IMG/VR virus record: IMGVR_UViG_3300037851_000044
Span: 1 to 39,362 of that record
Direction: 5' to 3' (one strand)
Source of the DNA: a virus
Lineage: Duplodnaviria; Caudoviricetes
Length of the DNA: 39,362 bases
Position numbers and translations under genes: made by a program. This document shows positions 26,992 to 35,524 of this stretch, one piece after another. The notes below the pieces were generated by a model. The model made no database searches. It was not told where the DNA came from and worked only from the letters and a program-made list of their open reading frames with translations. Within the stretch, counting starts at the first letter, position 1, and each line of letters starts with the position of its first letter.

Positions 26992-28313
26992 GGCGCGGCA
27001 TCCACGACCAGCACGGTTTCGCCGCCGGACGCGATGACTTCGCCGGTCCCCTTCGTGTAATTGCCGACCGTCGAAAAGGTTCCCGCGGTCGTGTCGTACT
27101 TGCGGACGCGAACCTGTCCGGAAACGCCGGTTAGTGCGTTAGTGACGATCGTTACGTTCGTCGATTCCGGCACCCAAATCATCGCGAAGGTGCCATCCGA
27201 CGCTAACGCCGGACAGATACGCGAAACGCCGGAACTTAGCGACGACGAAACGAGCGACGTATCCGTTTTAGGTACCAGTTTTTGCCACTGGAACCCGGTA
27301 AACAGCGATTTAACGTGCTGCTGATGCGTCGACCCGGTCGACCCTAAATTGCTTTCCCACGTCCCCGAATAACTGTAAAGCGTGTTCGGACTTTCGAAAT
27401 GCCAGATCGGGTTATTGCCGAAAAACTGACCGCAGGCGCCGGACAGCAACGCTTGATAGGACTGCCGCCGAAGTCCCGCGGCAGTGATCGGCGTCGACCG
27501 TTCCTGTTCGTAGACCGCTTCGCCCATGAAAAACGGCGTCGGTCCCGACCGTCCGTAGCTTGTCGCGCAGCTTGCATAGACGTCGTCGGCGCCGGGGTAG
27601 GCAAAATTCAGATTGAACCCCGTAACGCCCGACCAGTTTGCATAGCCATCCGTTCCGGGCGACGGATGCGCGGTTACAAGGTCGGACGTCCGAACCGTCC
27701 GGATACCCACGATGATCTGCGCCTGCTTCGTGCGGTTGCCGGAATTGACGCCGTCGTAGTCGCCGCCCAGGCACCAGATAACGTTACCTTGCGAATAGCG
27801 CGTTCCTAGCGCCGCGCCGTACGTCTGCAAGTCTGCGTCGCTTTCTGCCTGTACGTCTGTATACCATCCTTCTTGCCCGCCTCCGTAGCCGAAATATGCC
27901 GGATTGATTACGCAGGCAATCCCGAGCGCATACGCCGAATTAACGATATGGTCGACCCGGTTCCAATATCCGGAATTCATCGAACTGGCGAAATCCGTCA
28001 TCGACGAAAACGGGTCGACGCCGTCCACGTTGCGATAAAGCGGCGACTGCGACGTGAAGTAGTGTTCTATCGCGTTGAACATGATCGCGGTAAAACCTTT
28101 CGATGCGCGATCGTTCAGATAGGACGTTATTTCGGCGTTAGTCAGTTGCGCCGCCATTGACCACGGCGTATCCCCGTGCAACAGAAACGGCAGCCCGTCG
28201 CTTCCTTTCAGAAAACGGCCCGACGAATCGATCGACAGCGGAAAGCGGCTGCGCTGGACGGTCGGCGTCGTTCCGGCTTTGGGTCGCGTGGGTGATTTTC
28301 TGACGATCAGCAT
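26988..28313 (-). CDS. DUF4038 / GH140 apiosidase-like glycoside hydrolase
   Basis: PFLLHGDTPW, YL.DR..KGF, NVIWCLGGD, TAHP, GEAVYE, RRQSY.ALLSGACG motifs. Confidence 0.8.
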   Translation of the reverse strand: MLIVRKSPTRPKAGTTPTVQRSRFPLSIDSSGRFLKGSDGLPFLLHGDTPWSMAAQLTNAEITSYLNDRASKGFTAIMFNAIEHYFTSQSPLYRNVDGVDPFSSMTDFASSMNSGYWNRVDHIVNSAYALGIACVINPAYFGYGGGQEGWYTDVQAESDADLQTYGAALGTRYSQGNVIWCLGGDYDGVNSGNRTKQAQIIVGIRTVRTSDLVTAHPSPGTDGYANWSGVTGFNLNFAYPGADDVYASCATSYGRSGPTPFFMGEAVYEQERSTPITAAGLRRQSYQALLSGACGQFFGNNPIWHFESPNTLYSYSGTWESNLGSTGSTHQQHVKSLFTGFQWQKLVPKTDTSLVSSSLSSGVSRICPALASDGTFAMIWVPESTNVTIVTNALTGVSGQVRVRKYDTTAGTFSTVGNYTKGTGEVIASGGETVLVVDAAP

Positions 28314-28582
28314 TCGCGCGACGATCCCTGTAACCTTGCCAATTCCAGTTCGTGAATGCGAACCTCGAGCGGTTCGACGCGACTTCGAAGCGCGGCGTTT
28401 TCACGCAAGGCGGCGACCAGTTCACCCGATAGCCGCTTGCATTCTTCGCGGAAGAACACGGCGGCGGATTCTTCCGTGACCTGATCGTATGCCCCGGCGT
28501 GCGCTTGCTTCGCGATGATCTGCCGCGCCCGGAAATCAATCGGAACGACTTTTCGCAAGGCGCGAACGCGCGTACCTGGCAT
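28307..28582 (-). CDS. Small coiled-coil protein (91 aa)
   Basis: ATG at 28582 after GAAGG; heptad-like C-terminus. Confidence 0.55.
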   Translation of the reverse strand: MPGTRVRALRKVVPIDFRARQIIAKQAHAGAYDQVTEESAAVFFREECKRLSGELVAALRENAALRSRVEPLEVRIHELELARLQGSSREC

Positions 28583-28590
28583 TGCGCCTT

Positions 28591-28923
28591 CTAGCCTTGC
28601 ATCACGATATCTTCGACGGCGTTCACTGCCGCCCGCAGTCGCGCCGCGTCGTTCGCCGTGTCGGCTGCGATCGTCTCGGGAAGCGTCCCGGTCGTCGGTT
28701 TCATGTAGTTCGCGGCGATCGCCTTCACGATTGCCAGGCGGACTTCGACGCGCGGCGGCAGCAGATCCGCCGCGGCTTGATTCATCGTCGCGAGGTAAGC
28801 GGCGAGCCGGTCCGCCTTCGCGGAATCCGTCGTGTCGTAGCGTTTCCAATGGTCCCGAGCGTCCTGCGTGCGGATGCGTTCCAGCGCCAGGGCATCGGCG
28901 GCAGCGGTGATATCTGCGTCCAT
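28591..28923 (-). CDS. Hypothetical protein (110 aa)
   Basis: Tight operon packing. Confidence 0.6.
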   Translation of the reverse strand: MDADITAAADALALERIRTQDARDHWKRYDTTDSAKADRLAAYLATMNQAAADLLPPRVEVRLAIVKAIAANYMKPTTGTLPETIAADTANDAARLRAAVNAVEDIVMQG

Positions 28924-28926
28924 TGG

Positions 28927-29319
28927 TTACGCCAGTCCGATATTGCGGTCCCACTGCGTGATCGTCACGACCTGGCCCGACGCAATGTTCGTATTGTCGA
29001 GGTTCAGATCGGCGCCGGACGTCGAAATGGTCCCCTGTTCGTGACAGGTCGACGTACCTGCGTTGTATATCCGGTAATGGCCCGCGGTGCCGGCGGTCGA
29101 CGCCGTCCCCTGCCAGGTATTTGCCTTGCTGCAAGTGCCGTTCGACGCGGTGCCCATCCAGTCGGATGGGACCGGCAGATTCAGCAGCAGCGTTCCGGAC
29201 GTTGCCGACTGGCACGTCGCCGGCGCGGAGCCGGTGAAAACCAGCAGGCGCGGCGCGGTCCCGATGACCGTTTCGTAACGCCCGATCATGTCGTTTCGAA
29301 GATCAGTTCCAAATTGCAT
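28927..29319 (-). CDS. Putative virion structural protein (130 aa)
   Basis: TG.AP...GTLL...GTAGHYRI...QGT....GADL.LDNTNIASGQ.V.IT pattern typical of phage structural proteins. Confidence 0.65.
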   Translation of the reverse strand: MQFGTDLRNDMIGRYETVIGTAPRLLVFTGSAPATCQSATSGTLLLNLPVPSDWMGTASNGTCSKANTWQGTASTAGTAGHYRIYNAGTSTCHEQGTISTSGADLNLDNTNIASGQVVTITQWDRNIGLA

Positions 29320-29320
29320 A

Positions 29321-31174
29321 TCAATACCTCCAGCGATTGACGAACCCGGTTCTGGCGGGCGCGAATACGGGCGCGGTTTGTGTACGGGCCGCGCTTCCCG
29401 GTTGCTGCGATTCCTGCTGCCGCGCTTCTTCGGCCTTGCGCCGCTCGATCGCGGCGGCTCGAGCTGCCGTCAACCGTTTCCAGTTCGGCGACAGCGACAG
29501 CAACGCGGCGTAAGCGTACACGCGGCAGTCCAGCGGTTCATTGCGCGAACCTGGGCGCTTGTGCCATTCCCGGATCGGGAACCCGCGCGACATTCGCGTG
29601 CGGACTTCTTCCGCCGTCAGACCGTCGAAATAGTCGCCGTCCCGATCGTCCGGGAAGTGACAGAACCCAGGCCCGGCGGTTTTCAGTTTCAGCCAGCCGT
29701 AAATTGTGAACTTTGCCGCGTCGACGCCGACCATGAAATGCGGGACGCGCAATTTGTTATTGCGCGACCCCCGCTTCGGCCAGATCGGTCGGCCCGGACC
29801 GGCTATGCCCTTGATCGCATAAATCCGGCGGCGGAAGCGGTCCTTACAGAACCGCAGGACGGCGTCGGTATTGAAACCCGAATCGATGCAAACCGCGTTC
29901 GGTTTTAGCTCGAGCAATGCCGCGTCCAAGTCCGCGAACACTTCCGGGCGCGTCGTGTCGCCGGTGATCGGTCGATATTCCAGCGACCATGATTCGAAAT
30001 CGGCGCCCCATCCGACAACCTCGAGTTCGACACGGTCCGCTTGGACGTCAATGCCTACCGTCCGCAGCAGCACGCCGTCGGGCGTGCCTTCCCATCGTTC
30101 CGCGCGTTCGGCGATCGCCGTTGCCGGGATCGTTTCCGCTTCATCTTCGTACGCTTCGCCTAAACAGGTATTCGTCCACGCCCGCATCCGTTCCGGATTG
30201 CGCGAATGCCTGGCGTCGACAAACTGGCGCGCGACTTCCGCGGGCGACGACCAGGGCGAATAAAGTTCGTTCAGGTGAAATCCGGCGATCCCCGTAAACG
30301 GCGCCGATCCGCGCCATTCGCCCGCCCGGATCGCCGCAAGCCGGTCGACTTCGTCCCACCCTGTTCCGCATGAAACGCAATACAGGCGGGCGGTTTCCGG
30401 CTTGCCTTCGTCCCACTTCACCGCCGCCCAGGCTAGCACCTGAAATTCGCCGCAGTGCGCGCATGGGACGAAATAGCGCCGCTGATCGGATTCGGTGTAA
30501 GCCTGATCGATCCGCGATCCCTTGAAAGTCGGCGTCGACGTCAAAACGGCTTTGCGGTTCCAAAAGGTTTTCGTCCGCGCCCGCGCCAGCGTAACCGGGT
30601 CGCCCTCCGTTCCCGCGCTCGAGGGATACCGGTCGACTTCGTCCAGAAACACGACCCGCACCGGGCGCGACGCCAGCGATGCCGGCGAATTCGCCCCGGC
30701 GATCGTAACGTGGCCCCCGGGGAATTGCTTGTGCAGCAGCGTGTTTCCGGTCGACTTCGCCTTGGGATCGCCCGCCAGTGGCGTCAACGCCGGACAGTCC
30801 CGGATCATCGTCGCTAGCCGATCCTTCGATAACGCTTCGCCCATTTCGATCGTCGGTTGCACGACCAGCATGGGCGACGGGTCCATATGCATATGGAACC
30901 CGATCGCGTTCAGGATCGCTTCCGTTTTGCCTACCTGGGACGACGTCTTTACGACGACCGCCGTAACCCGCTGATCGCCGATCGCGTCCAGAATGCCGCG
31001 AAGGTATTCGGCGCGTTCAGTGCGCCACGGTCCCGGTTCCGCCGCCGCTTCCGGACTGAGCCGCCTTTCGCGGTCGGCCCACTCGCTTACCGTCAGGCGC
31101 GGGGGTGGCGCGAATGCTTTCCGCACCTTCGCCCATAGGTCCGTCGCCGACAGAAAGCCGGGCGAGGGATTCAT
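29321..31174 (-). CDS. terL: Terminase large subunit, lambda GpA family
   Basis: SSQVGKTE Walker A, FLDEVD Walker B, STPT, CxxC pairs, GIDVQ, RNEPLDCRVYA. Confidence 0.95.
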   Translation of the reverse strand: MNPSPGFLSATDLWAKVRKAFAPPPRLTVSEWADRERRLSPEAAAEPGPWRTERAEYLRGILDAIGDQRVTAVVVKTSSQVGKTEAILNAIGFHMHMDPSPMLVVQPTIEMGEALSKDRLATMIRDCPALTPLAGDPKAKSTGNTLLHKQFPGGHVTIAGANSPASLASRPVRVVFLDEVDRYPSSAGTEGDPVTLARARTKTFWNRKAVLTSTPTFKGSRIDQAYTESDQRRYFVPCAHCGEFQVLAWAAVKWDEGKPETARLYCVSCGTGWDEVDRLAAIRAGEWRGSAPFTGIAGFHLNELYSPWSSPAEVARQFVDARHSRNPERMRAWTNTCLGEAYEDEAETIPATAIAERAERWEGTPDGVLLRTVGIDVQADRVELEVVGWGADFESWSLEYRPITGDTTRPEVFADLDAALLELKPNAVCIDSGFNTDAVLRFCKDRFRRRIYAIKGIAGPGRPIWPKRGSRNNKLRVPHFMVGVDAAKFTIYGWLKLKTAGPGFCHFPDDRDGDYFDGLTAEEVRTRMSRGFPIREWHKRPGSRNEPLDCRVYAYAALLSLSPNWKRLTAARAAAIERRKAEEARQQESQQPGSAARTQTAPVFAPARTGFVNRWRY

Positions 31175-31598
31175 CGACCCACCCTTGCAGCACGGCTCGA
31201 GCCGCCGCGAGATCCGGCGCGGCCACTACAAGCGGCGCCAGGCGCGTCGGCCCGGCCAGCAAAACCGCGCGCGATTCGACAATCGCCCGGACCCATTGCG
31301 CCGCTACGTCGTCCGCCCGCAGCAGTTCCCCGCGCGATTCGGCGTTTTCGATTTCGTACCGGTCCGCCTGCGCAACCGCAAGGCGCGTTTTCGCATCCTC
31401 GAGGTCGACCGCCACAGGATTCGCCGCCGCCCGTTCCCGGTCGATCAGCCAGCGGAAAACGGCGACCGTGTCGTATTCGTTCCCCTTCCGACCCTTGCCG
31501 CGATAGACAGTGATCGGCAGTCCCGCCGCCTGCCATTCGATGACAGTTTTCGCGGTAACGCCGAAGATTTCCGCCAGTTGACCTTGATTGCAGCGCAA
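31017..31598 (-). CDS. terS: Terminase small subunit, Nu1-like
   Basis: N-terminal wHTH NQGQLAEIFGVT..TV.EW...GLP...YDT.AV..W; adjacent to cos. Confidence 0.88.
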   Translation of the reverse strand: MRCNQGQLAEIFGVTAKTVIEWQAAGLPITVYRGKGRKGNEYDTVAVFRWLIDRERAAANPVAVDLEDAKTRLAVAQADRYEIENAESRGELLRADDVAAQWVRAIVESRAVLLAGPTRLAPLVVAAPDLAAARAVLQGWVDESLARLSVGDGPMGEGAESIRATPAPDGKRVGRPRKAAQSGSGGGTGTVAH

Positions 31599-31644
31599 GG
31601 TTGATCTGTCCCCTATTTTTCACTGCCGCTAAGTGCTTGATTTA

Positions 31645-31700
31645 TCTAGCGTTATTTCGCGGTCGGTTCGTCCCGCAGCGAACCTCCCCCGGAAGGACCC
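31645..31700 (-). other. Lambda-like cos site (cosQ and cosN); predicted 12-nt end GGACGAACCGAC at 31662-31673
   Basis: Minus strand GGGTCCT (cosQ-like) then CG|GGACGAACCGAC|CGCG...CGCTA, the layout of lambda cos upstream of terS. Confidence 0.7.
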
Positions 31701-31802
31701 GCGACTCATAGTCGCAAACTAAAGCGTTGCGAGTCATTGGGTTAGGCGACTCCACCCGTTTTAGATTATGCGGCGTTTCGTTAGGGTAATCATGGACTTA
31801 CC

Positions 31803-32369
31803 CTATAGGGTAGCCCTATCGATTGCCTGCTGATCCAATCGACGGAAGCTATTAGCTTCGAACCGCACCAGTGCCCGCCCATCCTTGAGGATGCGGACAT
31901 GATCGCCGAAGAATTCGTCGACTGCCATTCGGCATCCTGGCAACGGATCGTAGTCATCGAACAGGATTGCGCCGCCCGGAATCATCCTGGGCGCGAACGT
32001 GCGGCAGATTTCGAACGTCGTTTCGTATTGATCGGCATCGGCATGGACGAACGCGACCGGACCTGTTTCGATGAACGAATCCGGGAAGATACCGGGAACG
32101 ATGACCGCATCCGGGCAGAGCGACCTGACCAGTTCGACCGATGTATCGGCGAAGTCCCCGACGCGATGAACGTCGAATTTGCCTGATACTGGCATCCCGC
32201 TGAACGTATCGAACAGGTAAAGCTTTCTGCCCTGCGCTCGAGCCACGTCCAGCAAGTGAACCGCGGTCCCGCCCTGATACACGCCGACTTCGACCATAGC
32301 GCCGCCAGCGGGACACGACGCGGCGATTGCGACCATAGTCGCCGTCATCGGTTCGTTTACGATCCGCAT
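31803..32369 (-). CDS. TylF/MycF-family O-methyltransferase
   Basis: VEVGVYQGG, LFDTFSGMP, G.F.DS, FVHADADQYE, GG.ILFDDY, AVDEFF. Confidence 0.85.
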   Translation of the reverse strand: MRIVNEPMTATMVAIAASCPAGGAMVEVGVYQGGTAVHLLDVARAQGRKLYLFDTFSGMPVSGKFDVHRVGDFADTSVELVRSLCPDAVIVPGIFPDSFIETGPVAFVHADADQYETTFEICRTFAPRMIPGGAILFDDYDPLPGCRMAVDEFFGDHVRILKDGRALVRFEANSFRRLDQQAIDRATL

Positions 32370-32986
32370 CAGAAACCCCGGCCCGATGCGTCGAAAGCGC
32401 GTTTCAGTTCATCGGGAAATTCGCGTTGAATCTTCGCCCATAGCAGCGCGTTGATTCGCTTGGAATTGAACATCTGCGGAACGTCGATCGTATACACGCC
32501 GCGAACCTTATTGCCTGTTTCCCTGGCGCCGACGAACGTCCCGCCGGTCCTGCGGTTCGTCATTATGAACGGCAGACCAGCGGCCCAATCCGGCTTTCCA
32601 AGCATCTTATAACCGCTAGCTCGCTTGATCTTGACGCGCAAGCGATCCAACGTATCGGACCGGCGGCGGCGGCGCGCTTCGGCCAGCGTTACCCGCTTTT
32701 CGACGAACCGAATCAGATTCAGTGAACGGCCACGCTTCGATCTTGCGGTTATCTTTACCGACAGTTGCCGCAGTTGCGAACGTGCCTTGACGACAGACAA
32801 CATCGAACCGATATCGGACGACGCCAGGTTGTATTCCTTGTGAATCTGGATTCGCGCTTCGGTTTTCGTCTTTTCGGCGACCGCGTTCAGCGCGCGGGAA
32901 ACGACGCGATCCTGTACTTTGCGGTCCAGATCGCGCAGTCCGCGCAGCGCATCGCGAAAATCGGTCCTGACGTCGAAGCGGATCAT
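32369..32986 (-). CDS. Basic neck / minor tail protein (gpZ-like)
   Basis: SRALN.VA....T.A...I.KEYNL motif; Arg/Lys-rich. Confidence 0.7.
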   Translation of the reverse strand: MIRFDVRTDFRDALRGLRDLDRKVQDRVVSRALNAVAEKTKTEARIQIHKEYNLASSDIGSMLSVVKARSQLRQLSVKITARSKRGRSLNLIRFVEKRVTLAEARRRRRSDTLDRLRVKIKRASGYKMLGKPDWAAGLPFIMTNRRTGGTFVGARETGNKVRGVYTIDVPQMFNSKRINALLWAKIQREFPDELKRAFDASGRGF

Positions 32987-32997
32987 TTCGATTTCGC

Positions 32998-33021
32998 AAA
33001 GAAAAGCCCGCCGAAGCGGGC
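32998..33021 (-). terminator. Rho-independent terminator ahead of the late operon (tR'-like)
   Basis: GCCCGC-TTCG-GCGGGC followed by TTTTCTTT, downstream of the Q-like gene. Confidence 0.8.
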
Positions 33022-33094
33022 AAACGAACAGGGGAGACTCCCTGGCGCGAATTGTGGCGCCATCGTAATCGCGAAAACCGCGCCTGTAAAGCGG

Positions 33095-33505
33095 TCAACG
33101 CGCAAGGTATGTCCCCAGGATTCGGGCGGACGTTCCGACCGCCATCGGCCATTCGTGCGGGCGGATGCCGATCGCCCGGCAGTTGCGGCGGACGTGAGCC
33201 GCCCAGGCATCGCCCGACCGGGTCGGGGCGGTGACGTAATGCGCCCGCAGCAGCATCCGCTCACGCATCGGGACCATAGTCCGCCAAAGCGTTTCCACTT
33301 CCCACGCCAGCCGCAAGTCGACCGGGATCGGCTTTTCTTCGGTCTCCCATACTTCGCCCGCTTCGGGCGTGTAACGCTTTTCCGCGGACCCGCAAGTCGC
33401 CTGCGGTTTGCCGCCGCAGCGCGCCCAACGTCCCCATTCCCGCAATTGCCAGTCCAAGTATTCGTCGACCGGTACCCGGTCGGTTGCGCGGATGGCCCAG
33501 GTCAT
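33095..33505 (-). CDS. Putative late antiterminator (Q-like)
   Basis: L.EWGRWAR motif, C-terminal HTH-like region, position before terminator and late genes. Confidence 0.6.
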   Translation of the reverse strand: MTWAIRATDRVPVDEYLDWQLREWGRWARCGGKPQATCGSAEKRYTPEAGEVWETEEKPIPVDLRLAWEVETLWRTMVPMRERMLLRAHYVTAPTRSGDAWAAHVRRNCRAIGIRPHEWPMAVGTSARILGTYLAR

Positions 33506-33840
33506 AGCGTCACCGGCCCCAGGCCCAATGCTTCGCGGGTCATGGCGATCGCGGTGCCGTCTTTCAGGTGAACGTCAGCGAACCGCAGAACCATCCACCC
33601 CCGAAGCTGCGCGGCGTTCTGCTTTTCGCAGTCGGCGACGAATCCCGTCCCGCGGGTATGCCGGCCCCGCGTCCACACCGCGCCCTCGAGTTCGACCGCG
33701 ATTTTCTGATCGACCCAAGCGAAATCAAAGCGCCATAGGCGGATCGGGTGGAATCGGTATTCGCGTACCGGTTCAGGCATCTTTAGCGCGCGGATCTGGC
33801 GGGCGAATGCTGCTTCTAGGGGTGATTCGGAAGCTGCCAT
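33502..33840 (-). CDS. PD-(D/E)xK endonuclease (DUF559/Vsr-like); the frame is open up to 34029
   Basis: EYRFHP.R.WRFDFAW...KIAVELEG...GRHTRG.GF..DCEK.N.A...GW.VLRF. Confidence 0.8.
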   Translation of the reverse strand: MAASESPLEAAFARQIRALKMPEPVREYRFHPIRLWRFDFAWVDQKIAVELEGAVWTRGRHTRGTGFVADCEKQNAAQLRGWMVLRFADVHLKDGTAIAMTREALGLGPVTL

Positions 33841-34045
33841 CTTGCGCTTCGACGATCCGCCCTTCGCGGATGGCGGCGATGAATCGGTCGAGTTCGCCAG
33901 CAGACGCGGGATGCGAATCGGCATACCTTCGATATGCGCCGCGGTCACTTGTGAGTCCGGATCGAACCGCAGCGAGAAAATCGGCCCACTGTCGCCGCCG
34001 TTCCTGATCGATCGCCGCTTCGTCGTCATCGCTGCGCCCGGTCAT
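33773..34045 (-). CDS. Hypothetical protein (90 aa)
   Basis: Protein-like composition, but overlaps neighbours. Confidence 0.4.
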   Translation of the reverse strand: MTGRSDDDEAAIDQERRRQWADFLAAVRSGLTSDRGAYRRYADSHPASAGELDRFIAAIREGRIVEAQDGSFRITPRSSIRPPDPRAKDA

Positions 34046-34153
34046 CGTAATCGCCCGCGACGTGCATCAGTGCGGCGATGATCATGCCGACCCCGACGCC
34101 AAACCAGGTGCCGAACAGACTTCCCCACCCTACCGCGACCATGCAGTCGTCCA

Positions 34154-34420
34154 TTACGCCCCCACGGGTTCCGGTTTGAACGGGTCAACGCCCATCCGAA
34201 GCTTACGGGTGATTTCGCCCCACTGTTCGGGTTTTTTGCCGTGATGGAACCGGCAGAACCATTCCGCGGCGTGCGAATGCGAAACGCTCGAGGTAATGGT
34301 CCCAAGCTGCGGGCATCCATGCGCCAGGCATCCGCGTTCACTTGCCGGGACGTCGTTCTGATTCGGCCCGCTCGAGCTTGCCTTGACCGCCAAAGCTTCC
34401 TTCGCTGATACCTTTTTCAT
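34154..34420 (-). CDS. Small Cys/His protein (88 aa)
   Basis: C.AHGCP...WFCRFH; ATGA overlap with the initiator stop. Confidence 0.6.
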   Translation of the reverse strand: MKKVSAKEALAVKASSSGPNQNDVPASERGCLAHGCPQLGTITSSVSHSHAAEWFCRFHHGKKPEQWGEITRKLRMGVDPFKPEPVGA

Positions 34421-35256
34421 CGGTGGTATTTCCCTTCGTAGACGAGGACGAACTTTTCGGCGCCCATCAGCCAGTCCAGCGAAGCGGCAAACGGTCGACG
34501 GCCTTCCTTCGGTTTGGTTTTGCCCGTCAGGAAATCGGACTTCGCGACGTGGGCGAAGAAGTCGTCGAACCAGTCGATTCCCGCCTGCCTGTCCAGTTTT
34601 TCGTCGGCGCAGACTTGCCGCCATCGGGCGGCTATGTGGCGCTTGCGCTGTTCGGACAGGACTTCGACAGCCGGAAGCATAGGCAGTCGGTCGTGATACC
34701 GCTTGACGATTTCCGCCGTCGGGCATGGCGGGACGCTGTAGGTTTCGGACTTATCCACAGGATCGGCGACAGGTGCATCGACGTTCGATGCACATTCCCT
34801 GAGGCCCGTAGGGCCGAAGGGAACATGGTTTAAGTCTTTTATGGGGGTGGGGGTGGGGGTGGGGGTACCCGCTGAAGCATTGCTTGTGCTCTGCTTAAGC
34901 AGAGCTTGTGCATGACGCAGTGCATCACGTTGACGCCTTGCCTTTTCGAATCCACCCTTCCGCCGGCCTTCCGAAATCGCTTCCGCCTTCGCGATTTCTT
35001 CCGTCATGCGCTGGTTGTACCAGCCGTCATCCATGCGGACGAAATAGCGGGTCAGGATGTACCGCAACGCTTCGATTTCATCCGCCGACCGGCAGTTCGC
35101 GATCCCGGCGGATTCCTGTTCGTCAAGCGGGACCGGCCCTTTCTGATCCCAACAATGCGCCAGCAACAGCAAATAGACGCCGTGCCGCATGGGCGTCAGG
35201 TGCCGCGTGTCGCGAATGTAATCCCCGGTGTACCAGGGAAAGAATTGAAAACTCAT
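34417..35256 (-). CDS. Replication initiator, DUF1376/YdaU family
   Basis: FPWY.GDYI.DT.HL....HG.YLLLL...W; C-terminal SDFL.G...ASLDWL....F..V.EGKY. Confidence 0.85.
   Translation of the reverse strand: MSFQFFPWYTGDYIRDTRHLTPMRHGVYLLLLAHCWDQKGPVPLDEQESAGIANCRSADEIEALRYILTRYFVRMDDGWYNQRMTEEIAKAEAISEGRRKGGFEKARRQRDALRHAQALLKQSTSNASAGTPTPTPTPIKDLNHVPFGPTGLRECASNVDAPVADPVDKSETYSVPPCPTAEIVKRYHDRLPMLPAVEVLSEQRKRHIAARWRQVCADEKLDRQAGIDWFDDFFAHVAKSDFLTGKTKPKEGRRPFAASLDWLMGAEKFVLVYEGKYHR
34827..34914. promoter_or_regulatory. Candidate replication origin inside the initiator gene
   Basis: Four 11-bp-period GCT-N3-GC repeats (34871-34914), 18-bp palindrome at 34888-34905, (TGGGGG)4 tract, AT-rich stretch. 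Confidence 0.6.
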
Positions 35257-35407
35257 CGATCGACTCCGGTAAGTCGCGCGCCCATATCGCGCTCATGGCG
35301 AAAGGTGCCGGTGAGTCCCGTATTCCGGCGGAACGGCTGACCGTCGTCAGTTGTCCCGGCGCTTGAATCGTACATCAGATTTTAATCTGGACGACGTCGG
35401 ATTATTG

Positions 35408-35524
35408 TCATTGCCCATCCGTCAGGATTCGCCATGCGAGCGCCGCCTGGAGCGGGACTTGACCGTTGCCCAATGCCTTGAGACGGTCCACCCGAGAGGC
35501 CACGCCATTAGCCACTCGACCCAG
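35408..35524 (-). pseudogene. 3' remnant of a C5-cytosine DNA methyltransferase
   Basis: LGRVANGVASRVDRLKALGNGQVP..A..AWRIL in one frame and WVEWLMAWPLGWT in another; no 5' part. Confidence 0.7.

Noticed and set aside
31017-31174. 158-bp overlap of terS and terL
   Set aside because: The overlap encodes a low-complexity TerS tail, and overlap of these two genes is common in lambda-like phages
31700-31810. GTTAGGC and GTTAGGG boxes with short inverted repeats near cos as further attC sites
   Set aside because: No paired AAC box or L boxes at the right spacing
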